Below, one piece after another: positions 18,751 through 28,896 of a stretch of 64,000 nt of DNA (position 1 is its first letter; each line of letters opens with the position of its first letter). The notes under the pieces were generated by a model. It was not told the DNA's origin and did no database searches. It worked only from the letters and a program-made list of their open reading frames with translations. The stretch is from an uncultured Phycisphaerales bacterium. GTDB taxonomy: Bacteria > Planctomycetota > Phycisphaerae > Tepidisphaerales > Tepidisphaeraceae. Where the stretch lies: the NCBI GenBank assembly GCA_963755915.1, contig CAVWLP010000002.1, positions 4,864,001-4,928,000 on the forward strand, read 5' to 3'. Both the position numbers and the translations under genes were made by a program.

Positions 18751-19110
18751 ATGCCGCAGCGCGAACCAGTAAAATTGGCTTTCTCTTTCGAGCAGCGCCC
18801 CACTGGCCTGCTCGTCTCGATGTCCGGCGAGCTTGGCATGCCGCCCAACACTGAAACCCTCCGTTCCGAACTAACCCGCATCACCGAAGCCCATCCGCGC
18901 GTGGTGGTGATCGATCTGTCCGGGCTGACCTTCATGTCCAGCCTCGGCATCGGCCTTCTCGCCGAAGCCCATCGCGGCCTGCGACAGCACGACGGGCGCA
19001 TTCGGCTCTGCGCCCTTCAGCCGCGCGTCATGGAGGTCCTGCAACGCTGCCGCATGACCAAGGTCTTCGAAATATTCGACAATACCGAAGCCGCCTTCGC
19101 CGCAAGCTGA
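18751..19110 (+). CDS. STAS-domain anti-sigma factor antagonist
   Basis: VVIDLSGLTFMSSLGIGLL motif in a 119-aa ORF. Confidence 0.9.
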   Translation: MPQREPVKLAFSFEQRPTGLLVSMSGELGMPPNTETLRSELTRITEAHPRVVVIDLSGLTFMSSLGIGLLAEAHRGLRQHDGRIRLCALQPRVMEVLQRCRMTKVFEIFDNTEAAFAAS

Positions 19111-19184
19111 CGAATCGCTTTCACGTTCGACTCATGTTCGTCATGCCTTGCAATTCAGCGCCCTGCGCAGACAACATGCTCTAG

Positions 19185-20003
19185 ATGCCGGATGATTCCA
19201 CGCCCGTCGCCCCCGAGCCGCGCAGCGATTTTGAATGCTGCCTCGTGCTGCCGACCTACAAAGCCGCTAGCTTCATCGAATCGACCGCTCATCGCTTGCG
19301 GGAGTTTCTAAAAGCTCATTCCACATGGTCCGTGCTTTTCGTCTGCGACGGCCAGGTCGATGACACGCAAACGATCCTCGCCCGCCTCATGTCAGACCTC
19401 GCCCACCAGGTCCGCATCGACAGCTACGAAACCAATCGCGGCAAAGGCTACGCACTGCGACGCGGTTTAAGCATGGCCGGCACCCCCTACCGAATTTTCA
19501 CCGATGTCGATCTCGCCTATGACCCTGACGAAGCGATCAAAATCCTGAGCCTTCTCCAAAACGGCGCCGATCTGGCCGTCGCCAACCGCGCCAGCCCCGA
19601 CTCGCTTTTCTGGATGAGCCCCCGCGATTTCCCAACCATTTACCGCCGCCACCTCATGAGCCGCGCCTTCAACTGGTGGCTCCGCCGGATGCTCCCCATA
19701 AAAATCCTCGACACCCAGGCGGGCCTTAAAGGCATCTCCGCGCAAGCCTGGGAAACCATCGCCCCCAAGATCGCCACCGACGGCTTCTTCTTCGACGTCG
19801 AACTGCTCGCCTGGGCCGGCGCGGCGAAAATGCGCATCGACGAAACCCCCATTAAGGTGAAATATATCGACCCCACCACCGTCCGCATGATCAGCCACGG
19901 CTGGAGCATGTTCCGCGACACCCTGAAGCTCAAGCGCCGAATGCGATCCCCTGACGCAAGAGCTGCGTTACTCCCCTCCCCTGGTACTCCGGGGGAGGGA
20001 TAG
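19185..20003 (+). CDS. Family 2 glycosyltransferase (dolichyl-phosphate beta-glucosyltransferase-like)
   Basis: Motifs VLPTYK, NRGKGYAL, FTDVDL, DTQAGLK and FFFDVELL. The last codons come from a family-A repeat. Confidence 0.88.
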   Translation: MPDDSTPVAPEPRSDFECCLVLPTYKAASFIESTAHRLREFLKAHSTWSVLFVCDGQVDDTQTILARLMSDLAHQVRIDSYETNRGKGYALRRGLSMAGTPYRIFTDVDLAYDPDEAIKILSLLQNGADLAVANRASPDSLFWMSPRDFPTIYRRHLMSRAFNWWLRRMLPIKILDTQAGLKGISAQAWETIAPKIATDGFFFDVELLAWAGAAKMRIDETPIKVKYIDPTTVRMISHGWSMFRDTLKLKRRMRSPDARAALLPSPGTPGEG

Positions 20004-20012
20004 GGTGGGGGT
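19973..20012. repeat. REP-like palindromic repeat, family A, copy 2
   Basis: cccctcccctggtactccgggggagggatagggtggggg has one mismatch to the reverse complement of 51885-51923. Confidence 0.85.
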
Positions 20013-20014
20013 TC

Positions 20015-20872
20015 TTATCTCCCCACCACTCCCGTCGACTCCCGCCCAATCAAATTCACCAGCCGCTTCTCCAGCGGCGGATGGCTCTGAAACAGCTCCG
20101 CGATCGTCCCCATCGAATTCTTCGGCTCCGCGATATACATGCTGTTAAACACCGGGTTCACGTTCATCGGAATCCGCTGATTGGCAAAATGGATTTTCTC
20201 GAGCGCCGTCGCCAGATACCTGGGGTCCCCGGAAATCCGCGCGCCCTCCGAGTCAGCGTTATATTCCCTTGACCGGCTGATGGCGAGTTGCGTGAGCATC
20301 GCCGCGAACGGCGCCAGGACCAAATACAGGAATGCCATACCCCCATCACGCCGGTCCGACCTGCCTCCCATTCCGCCCCACCAGAACATCCACCCAAAGG
20401 CGCTGATCGCCCCGGCAATCGTCGCCGCGACGGAGGTAATCAGAATATCCCGGTGCAGCACATGCGCCAGCTCGTGCGACATCACCCCCGCGATCTCATT
20501 CTCATTCAGCATGTCCAGCAACCCCTGCGTCGCGCAAACCGCGGCATGCTGCGGATTCCGTCCCGTCGCAAACGCATTGGGCGCCTGCTGCGGCGAAACA
20601 TATACCCGCGGCATCGGCAGCCCCGCGCGCGACGCCAGCCGCTGAACGATCTGAAAAAGCGGATGGTCCGGCCCGACTTCTTGCGCTCCCGCGGACGCCA
20701 GCGCAATCTGATCGCTATAAAAATAGCTGGCAAAGTTGGTCGCCGCGGCAATTACCAGCGCGATCACCAGCCCCCGCTCCCCGGCGATCAATTCTCCGCC
20801 GGCCAGGATGATCCCAGTAAGAATCGCTAAAAACAGGCCCGTTTTGATATTGTTATAAAACTGACTCGACAT
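20015..20872 (-). CDS. htpX: M48 zinc metalloprotease HtpX
   Basis: PNAFATGRNP, HELAH, AISRSREY.AD and SHPP motifs with transmembrane segments. Confidence 0.93.
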   Translation of the reverse strand: MSSQFYNNIKTGLFLAILTGIILAGGELIAGERGLVIALVIAAATNFASYFYSDQIALASAGAQEVGPDHPLFQIVQRLASRAGLPMPRVYVSPQQAPNAFATGRNPQHAAVCATQGLLDMLNENEIAGVMSHELAHVLHRDILITSVAATIAGAISAFGWMFWWGGMGGRSDRRDGGMAFLYLVLAPFAAMLTQLAISRSREYNADSEGARISGDPRYLATALEKIHFANQRIPMNVNPVFNSMYIAEPKNSMGTIAELFQSHPPLEKRLVNLIGRESTGVVGR

Positions 20873-21073
20873 ATTTTTGTCCTTCTGACACGATGATAGT
20901 ACGCGCCAAGGGCCAATTTCTGCCCTACAAACCGGCCTCTTGTTTGTAATCCGACAATCGCGCCATCGACATTGATCTCCGCAAAAAATCAGGCGATAAT
21001 CGCTGACGTTGCGGATTTCCGCCCCAATTGACGCGTATACTGTTTACCCGGTGCCATCTCAAAAGGTGAGGCC

Positions 21074-21856
21074 ATGAACCTATCGAAAAAACTCGGCTTG
21101 ATCGCATGCAGTTTCGTTATCACGGGCGGCGTGCGCGGCGCCTTTGGCCAGGCGCAGCCCGCCCAGAACTCCAATGGCAACTCCGGCAACAATCAGTCCA
21201 ACCAGCAGCCCGCGCAGCAGGCTCCGCCGCCGACGCAGTATGACGTCGAGCAGGAACTGAAAACCCTCATGGCCGACCTGGACTATTCGTCTTTTGACGA
21301 GGCCCGGCTGCCCAAGCTCATCCAAAAGGCGTTTACCGATTTCCGCACCGTCAGCCAGGCGATGGACCCCGACCAGGCGCAGCAGTGGCGCCGTGGCGTG
21401 ATGGAGCAATACATCCCCGTCATGCAGCGAAACCAGGCCAAGATTCAAAAGGCGATGCAAACCGCCTTTTTGCTCGACCTGCAGGAGCCGCTAGCTGCAT
21501 CGGACGACGAATTCAACGCCATCCTTCCCGCGCTGGAAAAAGTCGCTGATGCCCAGCGCGAATCGCAAGGCGGCTTCGCCCGATTCCGCCGGCAGTTCGG
21601 CGGCCCCCCCGGCGGGCAGGGCAACACCCAGCAGCCCGGCCAACAGGTTTCGCCTGTCGATCAGGCATCGGAAGACCTGCAGACCGCCCTCGACGACACC
21701 AACAGCAGCGACGACCTGATCAAAAACAAGCTCCAGATTCTCCGCGACGCGAAGGCCAAGGCCACCCAGGACCTTACCATCGCTCGAGATAATCTCCGAT
21801 CGCTCCTGACCATCCGGCAGGAAGCCGTGCTGGTCGAGCGCGGGATGCTGGACTGA
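21074..21856 (+). CDS. Secreted alpha-helical hypothetical protein
   Basis: Signal peptide, Gln/Asn-rich linker, C-terminal LLTIRQEAVLV, and an AAGGTGAGG Shine-Dalgarno. Confidence 0.8.
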   Translation: MNLSKKLGLIACSFVITGGVRGAFGQAQPAQNSNGNSGNNQSNQQPAQQAPPPTQYDVEQELKTLMADLDYSSFDEARLPKLIQKAFTDFRTVSQAMDPDQAQQWRRGVMEQYIPVMQRNQAKIQKAMQTAFLLDLQEPLAASDDEFNAILPALEKVADAQRESQGGFARFRRQFGGPPGGQGNTQQPGQQVSPVDQASEDLQTALDDTNSSDDLIKNKLQILRDAKAKATQDLTIARDNLRSLLTIRQEAVLVERGMLD

Positions 21857-21857
21857 A

Positions 21858-22165
21858 TTATTTCCTGAGTTTCCGGCCGAGCTTTTTCTCCACCGAGTCC
21901 ACCTTGCTCTCCAGCGCCCCTTGCGCCCTTTCCGCCAATCCATCTTGAGCGTGCAGGAAATCCGATTGCAATCGTCGGCCAGGGCTTCATAACACCTCTG
22001 CACCACAGCCATCACTTCGGGCCACTCGCCCTCGATGCAAGTGCCCAGGGGGCCAAGTTTGTAAGGCAAGCCGCTGCAGTCGACGATGTCGAGGCAGCGT
22101 GCGACGTAGGCGCCCACGCTTTCGCCTTTGTCCATGGGCCAAATGCTGAATTCGGCTAAAAGCAT
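21858..22165 (-). CDS. MTH1187/YkoF-family thiamine-binding protein, one frameshift near 21915
   Basis: LAEFSIWPM, SVGAYVA, SGLPYKLGPLGTCIEG and KMDWR. The alternate frame gives LESKVDSVEKKLGRKLRK* ending at 21858. Confidence 0.85.
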
Positions 22166-22183
22166 TTAGATTCCTCGCTTTCG

Positions 22184-22993
22184 GTGTTTGGGTTTTACCC
22201 CTTCAATACAAAACTTTACAGTCGGCAGCAGAATGGACAGGATGGGGAGCTGACGGTGACCGACCTCTCCTACGAGCCGAAGCCCCCCGCCCTACGCCGC
22301 CGGCGCGTTCAATACCTGGCGGTGTCGCTCGCCATTCTGGCGGCAATTCCGCTTCTCGTTTGGCAAGCGCCACCACTCTTACGCTCCATCGTCTGGCGTT
22401 ACTATTACCACGAAGCGATGAGCCTCTCCGCCCCCGCCTCGCGTGTCGTTTATGATGAAGACCCAGCGAATCAACAAGCACTGCTCACCTCTTCTCCCGA
22501 TTATCGCTTCCTAAACTTCGCCACCAACGGCTGGCTCCCGTTTGTCGCTTGGAACGAGCCGGTCTTACAAAAGATCGAGGATGCCGATGCGAATAAACGT
22601 GTTCCCCCCTTCTGCCTGTTCGCGGGTTGGCGTCAGGCCACGGGCCAGAAGCACTGCCTCCTTCTGGTCTATCCCGCCGGCAATGGCATGCGCTGCGGCC
22701 CCGTCGGTGCTTCAGGCGATATGCAAGTCAAAATCAGCCCCTGGGCTGAAACTATCTCGCCCAACACCAGTATCGACTGCACGATCGGCCTCGTCCCCCT
22801 TGCCGACCGCTCCCTCGCCGACAACGCCAAAACTCCGCTTTACCTGCGCTGCTACGCCGGGCAGAGCGATCCGAACGATTCGTCGCATTTCACGATCGGC
22901 TACACCTTAGGCCCCCAAAGTGGCATCATCGACGGCTACCTCCACGCCGACAATTCCCTCACCCTTCAGGCCCGAGGCGTGCCAAGCCAATGA
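22184..22993 (+). CDS. Membrane-anchored hypothetical protein (true start perhaps GTG at 22256)
   Basis: Arg-rich patch, one transmembrane segment, then a soluble domain ending GQSDPNDSSHFTIGY...IDGYL. Confidence 0.7.
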   Translation: MFGFYPFNTKLYSRQQNGQDGELTVTDLSYEPKPPALRRRRVQYLAVSLAILAAIPLLVWQAPPLLRSIVWRYYYHEAMSLSAPASRVVYDEDPANQQALLTSSPDYRFLNFATNGWLPFVAWNEPVLQKIEDADANKRVPPFCLFAGWRQATGQKHCLLLVYPAGNGMRCGPVGASGDMQVKISPWAETISPNTSIDCTIGLVPLADRSLADNAKTPLYLRCYAGQSDPNDSSHFTIGYTLGPQSGIIDGYLHADNSLTLQARGVPSQ

Positions 22994-23159
22994 GCTTGGG
23001 CACACCGGGAAATAATGGGGGGCACTTCCTCAAGTGAGCCCCTTTGTGATCCCCGTCCCACTGGGAAAGGCTGCCGATCTGTGTAGACGCGAATTATCTT
23101 TGCCGCGACGGCAAGCCCAGATACGATCTTCTACGATCGATTCAAAGGGCCAAGCAACC

Positions 23160-25946
23160 ATGCAGTCAGCCAAACCCACGACTGTTTTCCTTAGCGCCGC
23201 CAGCGCCGATCTTGAGGTTTGGCGCGACCATATTCATCAGGCGCTCCAGCAGGCCGGGTGCCGAGTGCTGACGCAGAAGCAGAGCTTTAGCGCCGCGACA
23301 GCGACGGTCCTTGAACTGCTTCGCGACCACATAGATCAGAGCGATTTTGTGATTCACCTTGCCGGGATTTATTACGGGTAGGAGCCTGAGGAGCCCCCTT
23401 TTCCCAGCGAACCTCACTTCAAATGCTCCTTTACACAGTTCGAGTATTACTATGGCTGCCTGCAGAATAAAAAGGTAATCGCCTTCGTCTGCGACGAGCG
23501 ATTTCCCTTTAAGCCCTACACGGAGGTTGGAGAAGGCCCCGATCCCGCCGCCGACCGCGAGCGCCGCCGACTGCTGCAGGCCGCCCACCGTGAACGCCTA
23601 ACGCACGGGCGTACGGCCGGCACGCCCCTGGCGCATCAACCACGCCGAGCGTCTCACGCGGCGATTGCTGACACCGCCGATCTGCTCAAAAGCATTTGCG
23701 CCGCACTCGGAACGATCTACGCGCACCACGCCCAAATACCCGCCGATCTCGCCGCCGCACAAGCCAACCTGACCGCCCGGGCCAGCCTCCACCAGCTCCC
23801 CGCCCGCCCCGAGGATTTCGTCGGCCGCACCGCCGATCTCGAGAAACTCCGCGCCGCTCGAAAATTCGCCGCCGCTTCGATCAGCGGCATCAAGGGAATG
23901 GGCGGCATCGGCAAAACCGCCCTCGCCCTCGTCCTCGCCCACGAATGGCTCCCCGATTTCCCCGACGCCCAAATCATGCTGAATGGCCAGGGCATCAGCG
24001 TCAATCCCCCTTCCGCCGCCGACCTCCTCGCCCAGATCCTCCACGCCTTCCACCCCGCCGCCAAACTCCCAGAAGCGGCGGAAGAATTGCAAAGGCTCTA
24101 TCAGCAAACGCACACCGGCAAGCGCACCCTGATCCTCGTAGACAACGCCAAGGACGCCGGTCAGGCCCGCCCGCTCATCCCGCCCCCGGGCTCCGCGCTG
24201 ATCGTCACCTCGCGGCAGAGCTTCCCAATCGGCACAGTCTCGGCAATCCGTCTCGGCGAGTTGCCCCTCGATGAAGCGGTCGCCATGCTCCGCGCCTTCT
24301 ATCCGAAACTGGCTGACGGCGATGCTGCCGCGCTCGCCGAATTCTGCGCAAACCTTCCCCTTGCCCTTAAACTGACTGGCACTCAGCTAATGCTTGACGC
24401 CTCCGACCGCGGCACTGCCGACGTCACTGGGTACCTCAACCGCCTCAGCACCGGCCGCCTAGCAACCCTCGATGCCGGCGCCGCCGACGCCGGCGAGATC
24501 GCCATCTCCGAAACCCTCCGCCTCAGTGAAGACGCCCTCATCCCGCACCTTCGCCAGACTTGGCGAAAGCTGGGTGTTTTCCCCGCCCCCTTCGATGCCC
24601 CCGCCGCCCTAGCCATCGCAGGCGCGGATGACGCCGCTCTTCAAACCCTGCTGCGCCGCGGCCTCATCGAAGCCTACGGTCCGCGATACCGCGTTCACGA
24701 TCTGGCTGCCGAATATGCACGCGAAAAACTCAGCCCAGACGTTCTCACGCGCATTCGGCTGGCCCACGCCAACCATTACTGCGCGGTGCTCGAAAAATGC
24801 GATGAACTCTATTTGTCGGGCGCTGCTAGCGTCAACGCAGGCATGGCGCTATTCGATACCGAGCGGGTCCAAATTCAGGCCGCCCACGCCTGGCTTCTAA
24901 CCGTCACAGAATCTGAAGCGCCGAGTCGCGAGCGCGATGAACTCCTGATCGAATACACTAACGCCGGGGTTTATGTTCTCGATCTCCGCCAGCATCCGCG
25001 CGAACGACTTGCCTGGCTAGAAGCCGCCCTCGTCGCTGCCCGGCGATTAAAGCAGCGCGCGGCCGAGGCTGTCTTCCTAGGCAACCTCGGCAACGCTTGG
25101 TGCGCAGCTCGGCGAATCGCGGAAGGGGATTGGAATTCTGGAGCAAGCGTTGGCGATCGAACACGAGCTCGGAAACCGGCGCTGGGAGGGCGACCTCCTA
25201 TGTGGCATCGGCATCGCCTGGTACCTTCTAGGCGATGCGCGGAAAGCCGCGGAGTTTCACGAGCGCGCGTTAGTAATCGCCCGCGAGATTGGCGACCAAC
25301 GAGGCGAGGCGAACGCCTTGGGCAACCTCGGCAACGCTCGCTATGCCCTCGGCGATGCGCAAAAGGCCAGTAGGCTCTTCGAGGAGCAACTGATCATTGC
25401 CCGCAAGATCGGCGACCGGCGCCGCGAGGGGAGCGCCTAGGCAGCCTCGGCATGGCTTGGAACGCCCTCGGCGAAACGCGGAAGGCCATCGGGTTTCACG
25501 AGCAGCGAATGGAAATCGCCCGCGAGATCGGTGACCGAGCTGGCGAGGCGAACGCGCTGGGCAGCCTCGGTAATGCATGGCACGCCTTAGGCGATACGCG
25601 GAAGGCGATCGACTTTTATGAACAGGCGTTGGCAATCGCCCGCGCGATCGGCGACCGACGCGGGGAGGGCAACTCCCTGGGCAACCTCGGCGCCGCCTGG
25701 TCCAATCTAGGCGAAGCGCGCAAGGCCATCGATTTTTTCGACGAGGCGTTGGCGATCGCTCGCGAGATCGGCAACCGGCAGGGGGAAGGGACCGCATTGT
25801 TCAACTCTGCATCCCAACACGAATCGCTCGGCGAAATTGCCGCGGCCCTTTCCCGTGCGGAACAGGCTTTTGCGGTCTTTACCGCCATCGAATCACCCAA
25901 TGCCGAAGCGGCCCGCCAACTGATCGCCCGCCTCCGATCCCCATAA
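23160..25946 (+). CDS. DUF4062(TIR-like)-NB-ARC/STAND ATPase-TPR protein; in-frame TAG at 23379-23381 and two frameshifts (~25105, ~25437), so a pseudogene or sequencing error
   Basis: VFLSAASADL, FVIHLAGIYYG, SFTQFEY; LHQLPARPEDFVGR; P-loop GMGGIGKT; Walker B LILVDNA; LPLAL; RVHDL; repeated ~40-aa units ALAIAREIGDRRGEGNALGNLG. Confidence 0.85.
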
Positions 25947-26109
25947 GCCGAACCCCGCGAATTAATCGGGCGAATGAACCGGGGCGGCGAATGAAGCGGA
26001 ACGGAAGCGGTTCTCCCGCACCGAGAATCCTTGACGGATATCTCAGGGCCCGATGGTAGCCCCATAAGAATTCCTTGACTTCACGCTGTCCGGTTATAAT
26101 TCGCCCACC

Positions 26110-26601
26110 GTGTCCCGCCACATCACCATCAACGGCCACACTTACGCCAGCGTGAATGAAATGCCCCCCGACGTTCGCCGGCAGTACGAATCGGCGCTGC
26201 AGACGCTGCTCAAAACCGGCGGCGATATCGCTCGCGATGCGGCAAGCTCGGACGTCAACATCTCCACGCAAAACGCCGATCCTCTACATCTCACATCTCA
26301 AACCGTCACGCAAATGGCGGCCAGCCGGATCGTCGTAAACGGCAGAGAGTATTCCCGCTGGGAAGACGTCCCCCCCGCCGCCCGCGCGGCTTTCCAACGC
26401 GCCGGGATGGACGCAAGCCTCCAGAACATTGCCAACCAGGAATCGCTGCCGGCACAAACCAGTTATCAGGCGAATGTCGGCAACACGAGCGTATCCTTCA
26501 ATTCCTCCGGGAACGTCACCATGGGGTTGGGGATGTTTATCGTTCTGCTGCTGCTTGCGGTCGTGGGGGGTTTGCTCATCGGGTGGAAATTCCTGCACTG
26601 A
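26110..26601 (+). CDS. Hypothetical protein with a duplicated N-terminal module and a C-terminal membrane anchor
   Basis: ITINGHTYASVNEMPPDVR and IVVNGREYSRWEDVPPAAR, a hydrophobic C-terminus, and TATAAT at 26095-26100. Confidence 0.75.
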   Translation: MSRHITINGHTYASVNEMPPDVRRQYESALQTLLKTGGDIARDAASSDVNISTQNADPLHLTSQTVTQMAASRIVVNGREYSRWEDVPPAARAAFQRAGMDASLQNIANQESLPAQTSYQANVGNTSVSFNSSGNVTMGLGMFIVLLLLAVVGGLLIGWKFLH

Positions 26602-26726
26602 TCTCGGCGAGAGCGACCTTAAAGGCGGTATAAATCCCCCGGAAGGATCGCCAAATTGGCGGCCCCGCAAATCCCAGCCGCCGCAGCGGCCGAATTGCGA
26701 TGGATTCACGGTATGATAGGTAAACC

Positions 26727-27491
26727 ATGAAGTGGATAGTGATTGCAGCCTGCATGATCGGCTTCGGATTTGCCGCTGGCACCCGGGCGGATGCGACAAG
26801 CGGTGGGCGTTCGGTGTCGGTTGCGGTGACCCCCTTCCATGTGCTTGCCGCCGCGGATAGTCAGTGGCTCGGGCAGGCACTTCAGGAGGGGATTGCGACG
26901 GGGATTCAGAAGACTTCGGGAATAACCGGGATCATCGTGCCGGGGCTTGCCCCTGCGGATACCCTCAGTGCCATCGCCATGGCGAAGCCGGCCGCCGCGG
27001 ATGTGGCGGTCTTTGGGTCGGTTCAGGTCGTCGATAATCAGATCCGGGTGTTGGGACAAGTCATCTCAGTCAGCAGCGGGAAGTCGCTCGGAACTTTGCG
27101 GTGCGATGCTCCGGAGACCGGGCTGTTTGATGCCGAGGACCAGCTTGCCGCCGAGGCGCAGCGGATTTTGACGGCGGCTGTGCCGGCCGCTCATAAGCCG
27201 TCTGCCGCGCCGGCGCCGACGATTCAGTTGGTGGGGCCGACCGTCGCGACCGGGGGCGGCCTGCGGTACGGAAGCGGGGACGTAATGAGTGCGATTACCC
27301 CCCCACCGGGGCACCAGGATGATTACGACCGGTATTACTACTATTCCGCCGACACGGCTGCTGCCGGCTCGTGCTACGGCGCGCCGTTCCCCTTCTATGG
27401 CGGCTTCTGCGGCGGCGGTTTTGGTTTCGGCGGTGGCTGCTTTGGGGGGGCTTCGGTGCTGCCGGTTGTCACTCCCGTTCACGGGTGGTGA
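26727..27491 (+). CDS. Secreted protein with a TolB-N/CsgG-like domain and a Gly/Phe/Tyr/Cys-rich tail
   Basis: Signal peptide. VAVTPF...WLGQALQEGI...ADVAVFGSVQVVDNQIRV pattern. Confidence 0.65.
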   Translation: MKWIVIAACMIGFGFAAGTRADATSGGRSVSVAVTPFHVLAAADSQWLGQALQEGIATGIQKTSGITGIIVPGLAPADTLSAIAMAKPAAADVAVFGSVQVVDNQIRVLGQVISVSSGKSLGTLRCDAPETGLFDAEDQLAAEAQRILTAAVPAAHKPSAAPAPTIQLVGPTVATGGGLRYGSGDVMSAITPPPGHQDDYDRYYYYSADTAAAGSCYGAPFPFYGGFCGGGFGFGGGCFGGASVLPVVTPVHGW

Positions 27492-27533
27492 GATTGATTT
27501 TGGGCTGGGCTGCGCAGATGATCCGCAGTCAAG

Positions 27534-28058
27534 ATGACACGAGAACAACTTGCCAAGCGGATTGCGGAGGTTTCGCTTCTTCGCGGGGAATTTATTCTGC
27601 GCAGCGGGCGAAAGAGCAATTACTATCTGGACAAATATCGGTTTGAAACGCAGCCGGACGTGCTGCTGGAATTGGGGAAAATGTTTGCCGAGCGCGTGAC
27701 CGACAAGGTGAATCGGATCGCGGGGGCGGAGCTCGGTGCGGTGCCGCTGGCGGCGGCGGCGGCGATGGCGTGCGGAAAGCCATTTGTCATCGTGCGGAAT
27801 CAGAAGAAGGATTATGGCACGAGCAAATTGGTCGAGGGGGTTTTGAATGCGGGGGATACTGTGCTGATTGTTGAGGACGTACTCACGACTGGCGGGCAGG
27901 TTCTGGAGGCGGCCAAGAGCCTGAAGGATGCGGGGGCGAAGATCGACAGGATTGTCGCCGTCATCGATCGGCAGGAGGGTGCCCGGCAGAATATCGAATC
28001 GGCGGGGTATATCTTCGAGGCCCTGTTCACGACCGACGACCTGGGAATCAGCAAATAA
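27534..28058 (+). CDS. pyrE: Orotate phosphoribosyltransferase
   Basis: GEFILRSGRKSNYYLD, KKDYGT and the PRPP motif VLIVEDVLTTGG. Confidence 0.95.
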   Translation: MTREQLAKRIAEVSLLRGEFILRSGRKSNYYLDKYRFETQPDVLLELGKMFAERVTDKVNRIAGAELGAVPLAAAAAMACGKPFVIVRNQKKDYGTSKLVEGVLNAGDTVLIVEDVLTTGGQVLEAAKSLKDAGAKIDRIVAVIDRQEGARQNIESAGYIFEALFTTDDLGISK

Positions 28059-28060
28059 TC

Positions 28061-28896
28061 ATGAACCGTCTGGCGATTCTGCTGATGATCTGCCTGATGG
28101 CGGCGCGCGGGCGCGCGGCGATGTCAAAACCGATGTCGAGTATGCCAAGGGGGATGATTACAGTGTCAAGCTTGATGCGGGGGTTCCGGATGGGGATGGG
28201 CCGTTTCCGGTGGCGATCCTCGTTCATGGCGGCGGGTGGGCCATTGGGGACAAGGCGGGGCTCTACAGCATTCCGACGGCAGCGCTGACCAAGGCGAAAT
28301 TTACCTGGTTCAGCATCAACTATCGGATGGCGCCGAAATATCTGTGGCCGGATTGCTTTGAGGATATGCAGGCGGCAATTCGGTGGGTGAAGGCGCATGC
28401 GTCGGAATACAAGGGGGATCCGACGCGGATTGCGCTGGTGGGATATTCGGCGGGCGGGCAGCTTGTGTGCCTGGCGGCGACGACCGCGGGGAATGATACG
28501 CGGGTGCAGGCGGTGGTGGGCCTTTCGCCGCCGACGGATCTGGAGCTCGATCTCCCGCAGCGCGGGGGGCTGAGCACGTCGCTTCAACATTTGCTAAATC
28601 GGCCGAAGGAGGTCACGGACGACGCGCGGAAAATTTTGCGGGAGATGTCGGCGATCAATTATGTGAAGCCGGGGCTGCCGCCATTTCTTTTGATGCAGGG
28701 GGATGCGGACAGGAGCGTGCCGTATCAGGGGTCGTTGAATTTTCAGGCAAAGTTGAAGGCCAATGGAGTGCCGTGCGATTTGATCACGCTGAAGGGGTGC
28801 CCGCACGATATTCGGAAGTGGACGCAGTTTGATGCGGATTTTGAGCAGAAGATGGTGGATTGGCTGGTGAAGACGATGGGAAAGCCGAAGAGCTAA
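28061..28896 (+). CDS. Secreted alpha/beta hydrolase (HSL/BD-FAE-like esterase), frameshift near 28120
   Basis: Signal peptide MNRLAILLMICLMAA in one frame. HGGGW, INYR, GYSAGG, QGDAD and the catalytic His are in the next frame. Confidence 0.88.

Noticed and set aside
23379-23381. Amber recoding (pyrrolysine or an alternative genetic code)
   Set aside because: TAG ends several ordinary genes here (GT2, GH51, ddl, mraZ, hemB) and no pyl genes are visible.
25150-25800. CRISPR-like or DGR-like nucleotide repeats
   Set aside because: The ~120-nt periodicity is the coding TPR repeat. There are no identical repeats with spacers and no reverse transcriptase.
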